Assembly: GCA_038087875.1 (NCBI GenBank)
Contig: CM075994.1
Span: 4,776,001-4,840,000, forward strand
DNA: 64,000 nt
Reading direction: 5' to 3'
Source of the DNA: Malacoraja senta
Lineage: Eukaryota
The position numbers and the translations under genes were made by a program. Numbering within the stretch: the stretch's first letter is position 1; each line of letters opens with the position of its first letter. Under the pieces are notes generated by a model. It was not told where the DNA came from. It searched no databases and saw only the letters and a list, made by a program, of their open reading frames with translations. Positions 13,822 to 25,601 of the stretch are shown here, in pieces.

Positions 13822-16800
13822 AACTGCACTTGAATTTGGTGGCCTTGCACCATGCTTGAAGTGGTAGGAAACTGCACGAACTTGGGGCCTTGCACCCTGC
13901 TTGATGTGGCATGAATCTGCTCCTGAATTTGGTGGCATTGCCCCCTGCATGAAGTGGCAAGTAACTGCACTCGAGTTTGGTGACCATTCACCCTGCTTGA
14001 AGTGGCATGAAACTGCACTTGAATTTTATGGCCATGCACCCTGCTTGAAGTGGCATGAAACTGCGGTTGAATTCAGTGCCCTTGCACCCTGCTTGAAGCG
14101 GCTTGAAACTGCACTTGTATTTGGTACACTTGCACCCTGCTTGAAGTGGCATGAAACTGCCCTTGAATTTGGTGGCCTTGCACCCTGCTTGAAGTGGTAG
14201 GAAATTGCACCTGAATATAGTGGACTTGCACCCTGCTTGAAGTGATAGGAGACTGCATTTGTATTTGGTGTCCTTGCACCCTGCATGAAGTGGCACGAAA
14301 CTGCACTTGAGTTTGATGGCCTTGCACCCTGCTTGAAGTTGTAGGAAACTGCACTTCAGTGTGGAGGTCCTGCACCCTACTTGAAGTGGTAGGAAACTGC
14401 ATTTGAATTTGTTGGCCCTGTACCCTGATTGATGTGGTATGAAGCTGCACTCGAGTTTGGTGGCCTTGCACCCTGCTTGAAGTGGCATGAAACTGCACTT
14501 GAATTTTCTGGCCATGCACCCTGATTGGAGTGGCATGAAACTGCACGAGTTTGGTGGCCTTGCACCCTGCTTGAAGTGGCATGAAACTGCACTTGAGATT
14601 GGTGGCCTTGCACCCTGCTTGAAGTGGCATGAAACAGCACTTGAATTATCTGGCCATGCACCCTGATTGACGTGGCATGAAACTGCACGAGTTTGGTGGC
14701 CTTGCACCCTGCTTGGTGGCATGAAACTGAACGAGTTTGGTGGCCTTGCACCCTTCTTGAAGTGGTAGAAAATTGCATTTGAGTGTGGTGGCCCTGGACC
14801 CTGCTTGAAGTAGTAGGAGACTGCAGTTGAATTTGGTGGCCATGCACTTTGCTTGAAGTGGTAGGAAACTGCACTTGAATATGGTGCACTTGCACCCTGC
14901 TTGACGGGGGATGAAACTGCACATGAGTTTGGTGGATTTGGACTCAGCTTGAAGTGGTATGAAACAGAACTTGAGTTTGGTGGTCTGGACCCTGTTTGAA
15001 GTGGTATGAAACTGCACTCGAGTTTGGTGGACTTGCACCCTGCTTGAAGTGGTATGAAACTGCACTTGAGTATCGTGGCTTTGCCCCCTGCATGAAGTGG
15101 CATGACACTGCACTTGAATTTGGTGACCTTTCTCCCTGCTTGAAGTGGTCTGAAACTGCACCTGAATCTGGTGGCCTTGCACCCTGCTTGAAGTGGTATG
15201 AAGCTGCACTTGAGTTTGGTGGCCTTGCACCCTGCTTGAAGTGGCATGAAACTGCACTTGAGTTTGGTGGCCTTGCACCCTGCTTGAAGTGGTAGGAAGC
15301 TACACTTGAGAATGGTGGCCCTGCACCCTGCTTGAAGTGGTAGGAAACTGCACTTGAATTTGGTTGCCTTGCACCCTGCTTGAAGTGGTAGGAAACTGCA
15401 CTTGAATATGGTGGTCTTGCACCCTGCTTGAAGTGGTAGGAAACTGCACTTGAATATGGTGGTCTTGCACCCTGCTTGAAGTGGTATGAAACTGAACTTG
15501 AGTTTGGTGGACTTTCAACCAGCTTGAAATGGTGTGAAACTGCTCCTAAATTTGGAGGCCTTTCACCCTGCTTGATGTGGCATGAAACTGCACTTGAATA
15601 TGGTGGCCTTGCCCCGTGCATGAAGTGCCATGAAACTGCACTTGAATTTGGTGACCTTGTACTCTGCAGGAAGTGGCATGAAACTGCATTTGAATTCGGT
15701 GGCCTGGCACCCTGCTTGAAGTGGTAGGAAACTGCACTTGAATTTGGTGGCCTTGCACCCTGATAGAATTTGTATGAAACTGCACTTGAGTTTGGTGCAC
15801 TTTGACCCCGCTTGAAGTGGTATGAAACTGCACTCGAGTTTGGTGGACTTGCACCCAATTTGAAGTGGTATGAAACTGCACTTGAATTTGGTGGCCTTGC
15901 AACCTGCTTGAAGCGGTATAAAAATGCATATGAATTTGGTGACCTTGCACCCTGCTTGAAGTGGCTCGAAACTGCACTTGAATTTTCTGGCCTTGCACCC
16001 TGATTGAAGTGGCATGAAACTGCACATGTTTAGTGGCCTTGCACCCTGCTTAAAGTGGTAGGAAAATGCACTTGAGTATGGTTGCCCTGGGCCCTACTTG
16101 AAGATGTAGGAGACTGCACTTGAATTTGGTGGCCTTGCACACTGCTTAAAGTGGTAGGACACTGCACTTGAATATGGTGGCTTTGCACCCTGCTTGAAGT
16201 GGTATGAAACTGCACTCGAGTTTGGTGGACCTGCTCCCTCCTTGAAGTGGTATGAAATTGCATTTGAATTTGGTGGCCTTGCACCTTGCGTGAAGTGGCA
16301 TGACACTGCACTTGAGTTTGGTGGCCTAGCACCCTGCTTGAAGTGGCATAAAACTGCACTTGAATTTGCTGGCCTTGCACTCTGATTCAAGTGGCATGAA
16401 ACTGCACTTGAGGTTGGTGAACTTGCGCCCTGCACGAAGTGGCATGAAACTGCACTTGAGTTTGTTGGCCTTGCACCCTGCATGAAGTGGCAAGAAACTG
16501 CACTTGAATTTGGTGGCCCTGCACCCTGCTTGAAGTGGTAGGAATCTGCACTTGATTATGGTGGTCTTGCACCCTGCTTGAAGTAGTATGATACTGCACT
16601 TGAATTTGCTGGCCTTGCACTCTGATTTAAGTGGCGTGAAACTGAAGTTGAGTTTGGTGGACTTGCACCCTGCATGAAGTGGCATGAAACTGCACTTGAG
16701 TTTGGGGGCCTTGCACCCTGCATGAAGTGGTAGGAAACTGCACTTGAGTGTGGTGGCCCTGCACCCTGCTTGTAGTGGTATGAAACTGCACTTGCATTTG

Positions 16801-17202
16801 GTGTCCTTGCACCCTGCTTGAAGTGGCATGAAACTGCACTTGAATTTGCTGGCCTTGCACTCTGACTGAAGTGGCATGAAACTGCACTTGTGGTTGGTGG
16901 ACTTGCACTCTGCATGAAGTGGCATGAAACAGAACTTGTGTTTGGTGGCCTTGCACCCTGCATGAAGTGGTAGGAAACTGTACTTGAGTGTGGTGGCCCT
17001 GCACCCTGCTTGAAGTGGTAGGAAACTGCAATTGAGTTTGGTGGACTTGGGCTCTGCTTGAAGTGATATGAAACTGCACTTGAGTGTGGTGGATTTGCAC
17101 CCTCCTTGAAGTGGCTTGAAACTGCACTTGAATTTTATGGCAATGCACACTGCTTGAAGTGGCATGAATCTGCAGTTGAATTGAGTGCCCTTGCATGCTG
17201 CT

Positions 17203-17395
17203 TTAAACAACGTTTGAATTGGTTTGGACATTGATATGCAGTTGCCTCTAATAAAAATGTAATAATAAAAAAAATCTAAAGTAAATCTAAAAAATGTTAT
17301 TGTTACCGCGCACTGTTTTTGCGAAGACGAAAATACACAAACATATACGCAAAGATATGCACACGAACACGATCAGAGTATTATTATCTACTAGA
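17203..17395. repeat. Array spacer copy 3
   Basis: Nearly identical to copy 1, offset 6858 bp. Confidence 0.92.
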
Positions 17396-20300
17396 GAAAA
17401 TTCACGTGAATTTGGTGGCCTTGCACCCCGCTTGAATTGGTAGGAAACTGCACGAATATGGTGGCCTTGCACCCTGCTTCAAGTGGTATGAATCTGCACT
17501 TGAGTTTGGTGGACTTTGACCCTGCTTGAAATGGTATGAAACTGCACTCGTGTTTGGTGGACTTGCACCCTGCTTGAAGTGGTATGAAACTGCACTTGAG
17601 TTTGGTGGACATGCACCCTCCTTGATGTGGCATGAAACTGCACTTGGATTATATGGCCATGCACCCTGCTTGAAGTGGCATGAAACTGCAGTTGAATTTA
17701 GTGCCCTTGCACCCTGCTTGAAGTGGTATGATACTGAACTTGAGTTTGGTGGACTTTCAACCAGCTTGAAATGGTGTGAAACAGCTCCTAAATTTGGAGG
17801 CTTTTCACCCTGCTTGATGTGGCATGAAACTGCACTTGAATATGGTGGCCTTGCCCCGTGCATGAAGTGCCATGAAACTGCACTTGAATTTGGTGACCTT
17901 GCACTCTGCAGGAAGTGGCATGAAACTGCATTTGATTGTGGTGGCCTGGCACCCTGCTTGAAGTGTTAGGAAACTGCACTCGAATTTGGTGGCCTTGCAC
18001 CCTGATAGAATTTGTATGAAACTGCACTTGAGTTTGGTGCACTTTGACCCCGCTTGAAGTGGTATGAAACTGCACTCGAGTTTGGTGGACTTGCACCCAA
18101 ATTGAAGTGGTATGAAGCTGCACTTGAATTTGTTGGCCTTGCAACCTGCTTGAAGCGGTATAAAAATGCATTTAAATTTGGTGACCTTGCACCCTGCTTG
18201 AAGTGGCTCGAAACTGCACTTGAATTTTCTGGCCTTGCACCCTGATTGAAGTGGCATGAAACTGCACATGTTTGGTGGCCTTGCACCCTGCTTGAAGTGG
18301 TAGGAAAATGCACTTGAGTATGGTTGCCCTGGGCCCTGCTTGAAGATGTAGGAAACTGCACTTGAATTTGCTGGCCTTGCACACTGCTTAAAGTGGTAGG
18401 ACACTGCACTTGAATATGGTGGCCTTGCACCCTGCTTGAAGTGGTATGAAACTGCACTCGAGTTTGGTGGACCTGCTCCCTCCTTGAAGTGGTATGAAAC
18501 TGCATTTGAATTTGGTGGCCTTGCACCTTGAGTGAAGTGGCATGACACTGCACTTGAGTTTGGTGGCCTTGCACCCTGCTTGAAGTGGCATGAAACTGCA
18601 CGAGTTTGGTTGCCTTGCACCCTGCTTGAAGTGGTAGGAAATTGCACTTGCGATTGGTGGCCCTGCACCCTGCTTGAAGTGGTAGGAAACTGCACTTGAA
18701 TTTGGTGCCCTTGCACCCTGCTTGAAGTGATAGGAAACTGCACTTGGATATGGTGGTCTTGCACCCTGCTTGAAGTGGTATGAAACAGCACTTGAGTTTG
18801 GTGGACTTTGACCCGGCTTCAAGTGATATAATAATGCACTCGAGTTTGGTTGACATGCACCCTGCTTGAACTGGTATGAAACTGCACTTGAATTTGGTGG
18901 ACTTGCACCCTCGTTGAAGTGGCTTGAAACTGCACTTGAATTTTATGGCCATGCACCCTGCTTGAAGTGGCATGAAACTGCAGTTGAATTTAGTGCCCTT
19001 GCACCCTGCTTGAAGTGGTATGAAACTGAACTTGAGTTTGGTGGACTTTCAACCAGCTTGAAATGGTGTGAAACTGCTCCTAAATTTGGAGGCCTTTCAC
19101 CCTGCTTGATGTGGCATGAAACTGCACTTGAATATGGTGGCCTTGCCCCGTGCATGAAGTGCCATGAAACTGCACTTGAATTTGGTGACCTTGCACTCTG
19201 CAGGAAGTGGCATGAAACTGCATTTGAATTTGGTGGCCTGGCACCCTGCTTGAAGTGGTAGGAAACTGCACTTGAATTTGGTGGCCTTGCACCCAGATAG
19301 AATTTGTATGAAACTGCACTTGAGTTTGGTGCACTTTGACCCCGCTTGAAGTGGTATGAAACTGCACACGAGTTTGGTGGACTTGCACCCAATTTGAAGT
19401 GGTATGAAACTGCACTTGAATTTGGTGGCCTTGCAACCTGCTGGAAGCGGTATAAAATGCATATGAATTTGGTGACGTTGCACCCTGCTTGAAGTGGCTC
19501 GAAACTGCACTTGAATTTTCTGGCCTTGCACCCTGATTGAAGTGGCATGAAACTGCACATGTTTGGTGGCCTTGCACCCTGCATAAAGTGGTAGGAAAAT
19601 GCACTTGAGTATGGTTGCCCTGGGCCCTGCTTGAAGATGTAGGAGACTGCACTTGAATTTGGTGGCCTTGCACACTGCTTAAAGTGGTAGGACACTGCAC
19701 TTGAATATGGTGGCCTTGCACCCTGCTTGAAGTGGTATGAAACTGCACTCGAGTTTGGTGGACCTGCTCCCTCCTTGTAGTGGTATGAAACTGCATTTGA
19801 ATTTGGTGGCCTTGCACCTTGAGTGAAGTGGCATGACACTGCACTTGAGTTTGGTGGCCAAGCACCCTGCTTGAAGTGGCATAAAACTGCACTTGAATTT
19901 GCTGGCCTTGCACTCTGATTCAAGTGGCATGAAACTGCACTTGAGGTTGGTGGACTTGCACCCTGCATGAAGTGGCATGAAACTGCACTTGAGTTTGTTG
20001 GCCTTGCACCCTGCATGAAGTGGCAAGAAACTGCACTTGAATTTGGTGGCCCTGCACCCTGCTTGAAGTGGTAGGAATCTGCACTTGAATATGGTGGTCT
20101 TGTACCCTGCTTGAAGTAGCATGATACTGCACTTGAATTTGCTGGCCTTGCACTCTGATTTAAGTGGCGTGAAACTGAAGTTGAGGTTGGTGGACTTGCA
20201 CCCTGCATGAAGTGGCATGAAACTGCACTTGAGTTTGTTGGCCTTGCACCCTGCATGAAGTGGCAAGAAACTGCACTTGAATTTGGTGGCCCTGCACCCT

Positions 20301-20780
20301 GCTTGAAGTGGTAGGAATCTGCACTTGAATATGGTGGTCTTGCACCCTGCTTGAAGTAGCATGATACTGCACTTGAATTTGCTGGCCTTGCACTCTGATT
20401 TAAGTGGCGTGAAACTGAAGTTGAGTTTGGTGGACTTGCACCCTGCATGAAGTGGTAGGAAACTGCACTTGAGTGTGGTGGCCCTGCACCCTGCTTGAAG
20501 TGGAAGGAAACTGCACTTGAATTTGGTGGCCTTGCACCCTGCTTGAAGTGGTAGGAAACTGCACTTGAATATGGTGAACTTGCAGACTGCTTGAAGTGGT
20601 ATGAAACTGCACTTGAGTTTGGTGGACTTGGGCTCTGCTTGAAGTGATATGAAACTGCACTTGAGTTTGGTGGACTTGCACCCTCCTTGAAGTGGCTTGA
20701 AACCGCACATGAATTTTATGGCCATGCACCATGCTTGAAGTGGCATGAAACTGCATTTGAATTTAGTGCCCTGCATCCTT

Positions 20781-20976
20781 CGTTAAACAACATTTGTATT
20801 GGTTTGGACTATGATATGCAGATGCCTCTAATAAAAATTCAATAATTAAAAAAAATAATAATAATCTAAAACATGTTATCGTTACCGCATACTGATTTTG
20901 CGAAGACGAAAATACACACACATATACGCAAAGATATGCAAGCGAACAAGATCAGAGTATTATTATCTGCTATAGA
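20781..20976. repeat. Array spacer copy 4
   Basis: Shares diagnostic variants with copy 2 (catttgtattgg, cgcatactgatt, tctgctataga). Confidence 0.92.
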
Positions 20977-23900
20977 AACTGCACTTGAATTTGGTGGCCT
21001 TGCACCATGCTTGAAGTGGTAGGAAACTGCACGAACATGGTGGCCTTGCACCCTGCTTGATGTGGCATGAATCTGCTCCTGAATTTGGTGGCATTGCCCC
21101 CTGCATGAAGTGGCAAGTAACTGCACTCGAGTTTGGTGACCATTCACCCTGCTTGAAGTGGCATGAAACTGCACTTGAATTTTATGGCCATGCACCCTGC
21201 TTGAAGTGGCATGAAACTGCGGTTGAATTCAGTGCCCTTGCACCCTGCTTGAAGCGGCTTGAAACTGCCCTTGAATTTGGTGGCCTTGCACCCTGCTTGA
21301 AGTGGTAGGAAATTGCACCTGAATTTAGTGGACTTGCACCCTGCTTGAAGTGATAGGGGACTGCATTTGTATTTGGTGTCCTTGCACCCTGCATGAAGTG
21401 GCACGAAACTGCACTTGAGTTTGATGGCCTTGCACCCTGCTTGAAGTTGTAGGAAACTGCACTTCAGTGTGGAGGTCCTGCACCCTACTTGAAGTGGTAG
21501 GAAACTGCATTTGAATTTGTTGGCCCTGTACCCTGATTGAAGTGGTATGAAACTGCACTTGAGTTTGGTGGACATTGACCCCTCTTGAAGTGGTATGAAA
21601 CAGCACTCGAGTTTGGTGGACTTGCACCCTGATTGAAGTGGCATGAAACTGCACTTGAGTTTGGTGGCCTTGCACCGTGTTTGAAGTGGTAGGAAACTGC
21701 AGTTGAGTGTGGTGGCCCTGGACCCTGCTTGAAGTGGTATGAAACTGCATTTCAATTTGGAGGCCTTGCACCCTGCTTGAAGTGGCATGAAACTGCACTT
21801 GAATATGGTGGCCTTGCACCCTGCACGAAGTGGCATGAAACTGCACTTGAATTTGGTGGGCTGGCACCTTGCTTGATGTGGTAGGAAACTGCACTTGAAT
21901 TTGGTGGCCTTGCACCCTGCTAGAAGTTGTATGAAACTGCACTGAGTTTGGTGGACATTGACCCCGCTTGAAGTGGTATGAAACTGCACTCGAGTTTGGT
22001 GGCCTTGCACCCTGCTTGAAGTGGCATGAAACTGCACTTGAATTTTCTGGCCATGCACCCTGATTGGAGTGGCATGAAACTGCACGAGTTTGGTGGCCTT
22101 GCACCCTGCTTGAAGTGGCATGAAACTGCACTTGAGATTGGTGGCCTTGCACCCTGCTTGAAGTGGCATGAAACTGCACTTGAATTATCTGGCCATGCAC
22201 CCTGATTGACGTGGCATGAAACTGCACGAGTTTGGTGGCCTTGCACCCTGCTTGGTGGCATGAAACTGCACGAGTTTGGTGGCCTTGCACCCTGCTTGAA
22301 GTGGTAGAAAATTGCATTTGAGTGTGGTGGCCCTGGACCCTGCTTGAAGTAGTAGGAGACTGCAGTTGAATTTGGTGGCCATGCACCTTGCCTGAAGTGG
22401 TAGGAAACTGCACTTGAATATGGTGGACTTGCACCCTGCTTGACGTGGGATGAAACTGCGCATGAGTTTGGTGGATTTGGACTCAGCTTGAAGTGGTATG
22501 AAACAGAACTTGAGTTTGGTGGTCTTGGACCCTGCTTGAAGTGGTATGAAACTGCACTCGAGTTTGGTGGACTTGCACTCTGCTTGAAGTGGTATGAAAC
22601 TGCACTTGAGTATGGTGGCCTTGCCCCCTGCATGAAGTGGCATGAAACTGCACTTGAATTTGGTGACCTTTCTCCCTGCTTGAAGTGGTCTGAAACTGCA
22701 CCTGAATCTGGTGGCCTTGCACCCTGCTTGAAGTGGTATGAAGCTGCACTTGAGTTTGGTGGCCTTGCACCCTGCTTGAAGTGGCATGAAACTGCACTTG
22801 AGTTTGGTGGCCTTGCACCCTGCTTGAAGTGGTAGGAAGCTGCACTTGAGAATGGTGGCCCTGCACCCTGCTTGAAGTGGTAGGAAACTGCACTTGAATT
22901 TGGTTGCCTTGCACCCTGCTTGATGTGGTAGGAAACTGCACTTGAATATGGTGGTCTTGCACCCTGCTTGAAGTGGTATGAAACTGTACTTGAGTTTGGT
23001 GGACTTCGCCCTGCTTCAAGTGGTATTAAACTGCACTCGAGTTTGGTGGACATGCACCCTGCTTGAACTGGAATGAAACTGCACTTGAATTTGGTGGCCT
23101 TGCACCCTGAATGAAGTGGCAAGAAACTGCACTTGAATTTGTTGTCCTTTCACCCTGGAAGAAGTGGTATGAAACTGCACTTGAATTTGGTGGCCTTGCA
23201 CCCGGCTTGGAGTGGTATGAAACTGCACTTGAATTTGTTGTCCTTGCACCCTGCTTGAAATGGTATGAAACTGCATTTGAATTTGGTGGCCTTGCACCCG
23301 GCTTGAGTGGTATGAAACTGCACTTGAATTTGCTTGTCTTGCACCCTGATTGAAGTGGAATGAAACTGCACTTGTGTATGGTGCCCTTGCACCCTGCTTG
23401 AAGTGGCATGAAAAGGCACTTGAGTTTGGTGGCCTTGCACCCTGCTTGAAGTGGTAGGAAACTGTACTTGAGTATGGAGGCCCTAGTCCTGCTTGAAATG
23501 GTATGAAACTGCACTTGAATTTGGTGGCCTTGCACCCGGCTTGAGTGGTATGAAACTGCACTTGAATTTGCTTGTCTTGCACCCTGATTGAAGTGGAATG
23601 AAACTGCACTTGTGTATGGTGCCCTTGCACCCTGCTTGAAGTGGCATGAAAAGGCACTTGAGTTTGGTGGCCTTGCACCCTGCTTGAAGTGGTAGGAAAC
23701 TGTACTTGAGTATGGAGGCCCTAGTCCTGCTTGAAGTGGTAGGAGACTGCACTTGAATTTGGTGGCCTTGCACCCTGCTTGGTGGTAGGGAACTGCACTT
23801 GAATTTGCTGGCCTTGCACTCTGATTGAAGTGGCATAAAACTGCACTTCAGTTTGGTGGCCTTGCACCCTGCTTGAAGTGGCAGGAAACTGCACTTGAGT

Positions 23901-24975
23901 TTGGAGGCCTTGCACCCTGCTTGACGTGACATGAAACTACACTTGAGTTTGGTGGCCTTGCACCCTGCTTGAAGTGACATGAAACTACACTTGAATACGG
24001 TGGCCTTGCACCCTGCTTGAAGTGGTATGAATGTGCAGTTGAGTTTGGTAGAATTGGACTCTGCGTGAAGTGGTATGAAACTGCACTTGAGTTTGGTCGA
24101 CTTTCCCCCTGCTTGAAGTGGTCTGAAACTGCACCTGAATCTGGTGGCCTTGCACCCTGCTTGAAGTGGTATGAAGCTGCACTTGAGTTTGGTGGCCTTG
24201 CGCCCTGCTTGAAGTGGCATGAAACTGCAGTTGAGTTTGGTGGCCTCGCATCCTGCTTGAAGTGGTAGGATGCTGCACTTGAGAATGGTGGCCCTGCACC
24301 CTGCTTGATGTGGTAGGAAACTGCACTTGAATTTGGTGGCCTTGCACCCTGCTTGAAGTGGTAGGAAACTGCACTTGAATATGGTGGTCTTGCACCCTGC
24401 TTGAAGTGGTATGAAACTGTACTTGAGTTTGGTGGACTTCGCCCTGCTTCAAGTGGTATTAAACTGCACTCGAGTATGATGGACATGCACCCTGCTTGAA
24501 CTGGAATGAAACTGCACTTGAATTTGGTGGCGTTGCCCCCTGAATGAAGTGGCAAGAAACTGCACTAGAATTTGTTGTCCTTTCACCCTGCAAGAAGTGG
24601 TAAGAAACTGCATTTGATTTTGGTGGCCTTGCCTCCTGCATGATGTGGTACGAAATTGCACTTGAATGTGTTGGCCTTGCACCCTGCTTGCTGTGCTATG
24701 TAACTGCACTTGAATTTGGTGGCCCAGCACCATGCTTGAAGTGGCATGAAAATGCACTTGCATTTGGTGGCCTTGCACCCTGCTTGAAGTGGCAGGAAAC
24801 TGTGCTTAAGTTTTGTGGACTGTCACCCTGCATGAAGTGGTAGGAAACTGCCCTAGCATTTGGTGGCCTTGCACCCTGCTTGACGTTGCAGGAAACTGCA
24901 CTTAAATTTCGTGGCCTTGCCCCCTGCTTGAAATGGTAGGAAACTGCATTTGAATTTGGTGGCCTTGCACCCTGC

Positions 24976-25276
24976 CATAAATGGGATTACATGGAATAGC
25001 CATGAGTCAACCGCCGGCCCACCAGCCGTGAGCGAGCTGCCAGCACATTAGGCTTCAGTGACTGAGCTGCCATCCCGAAAATCCAGTTGTCCCACAATGT
25101 CCATACTAGCCCTCTGGAAACCAGTCCCTTCAGCCCACAAGACCCATACTAGCGATCCAGAAAGCAACCGCCCTCCCCACTGGCTACCAATTTGGAATTC
25201 GTGAGAGGTGGAATATTGCGTTGGGGACCAGCCCTCCCGTGTGAACATGGGACCCAACGGGTCCCACTTAGTCTAG
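24976..25276 (+). mobile_element. 3' terminal segment of Helitron-like element (B) directly downstream of the 48-bp array
   Basis: Perfect hairpin tgggaccc-aac-gggtccca (25248-25266), short spacer, CTAG (25273-25276) followed by T; same architecture as 57646-57674. Confidence 0.82.
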
Positions 25277-25601
25277 TAATCATCTATATGTACTCAGTAC
25301 AACTTGTACCCGAGTTTCTGCATGGCAAGAGAAAGGGGAAATCAACCCAAACGGACAGCTTTACGAACGGCGGAGTCTTTTTTGGAGGTGACGAAGGAGA
25401 TTGCTGAAGGTAGGGCGAATGGTATAAATGGTAAACCAGGCTAAATAGAACTGCAGTGGGTCGTGGTCGAAAGTAGTGTTCTGGCTTAAGAACCGGTGGA
25501 GTCATAGATACATAGATCCATAGAAAATAGGTGCAGGAGTAGGCCATTCGGCCCATCGAGCCTGCACCGCCATTCAATATGATCATGGCTGATCATCCAA
25601 C

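Larger units (their letters stand above)
8584..24975. repeat. 48-bp tandem repeat array (~325 monomers, estimated from length) with higher-order structure
   Basis: Consensus gaaactgcacttgaatttggtggccttgcaccctgcttgaagtggtat; 16-aa periodic pseudo-ORFs (ETALEFGGLAPCLKWY); some monomers 1-3 nt shorter; four internal non-repeat spacers. Confidence 0.98.

Noticed and set aside
8475..24843. Many long ORFs (up to 501 aa) with 16-aa periodicity
   Set aside because: They follow from a 48-bp monomer with few stops; they overlap in several frames on both strands and break at 1-2 nt indels.
8584..24975. CRISPR-like repeat/spacer appearance
   Set aside because: Monomers are contiguous, the few spacers are copies of each other, there are no cas genes, and the context is eukaryotic.
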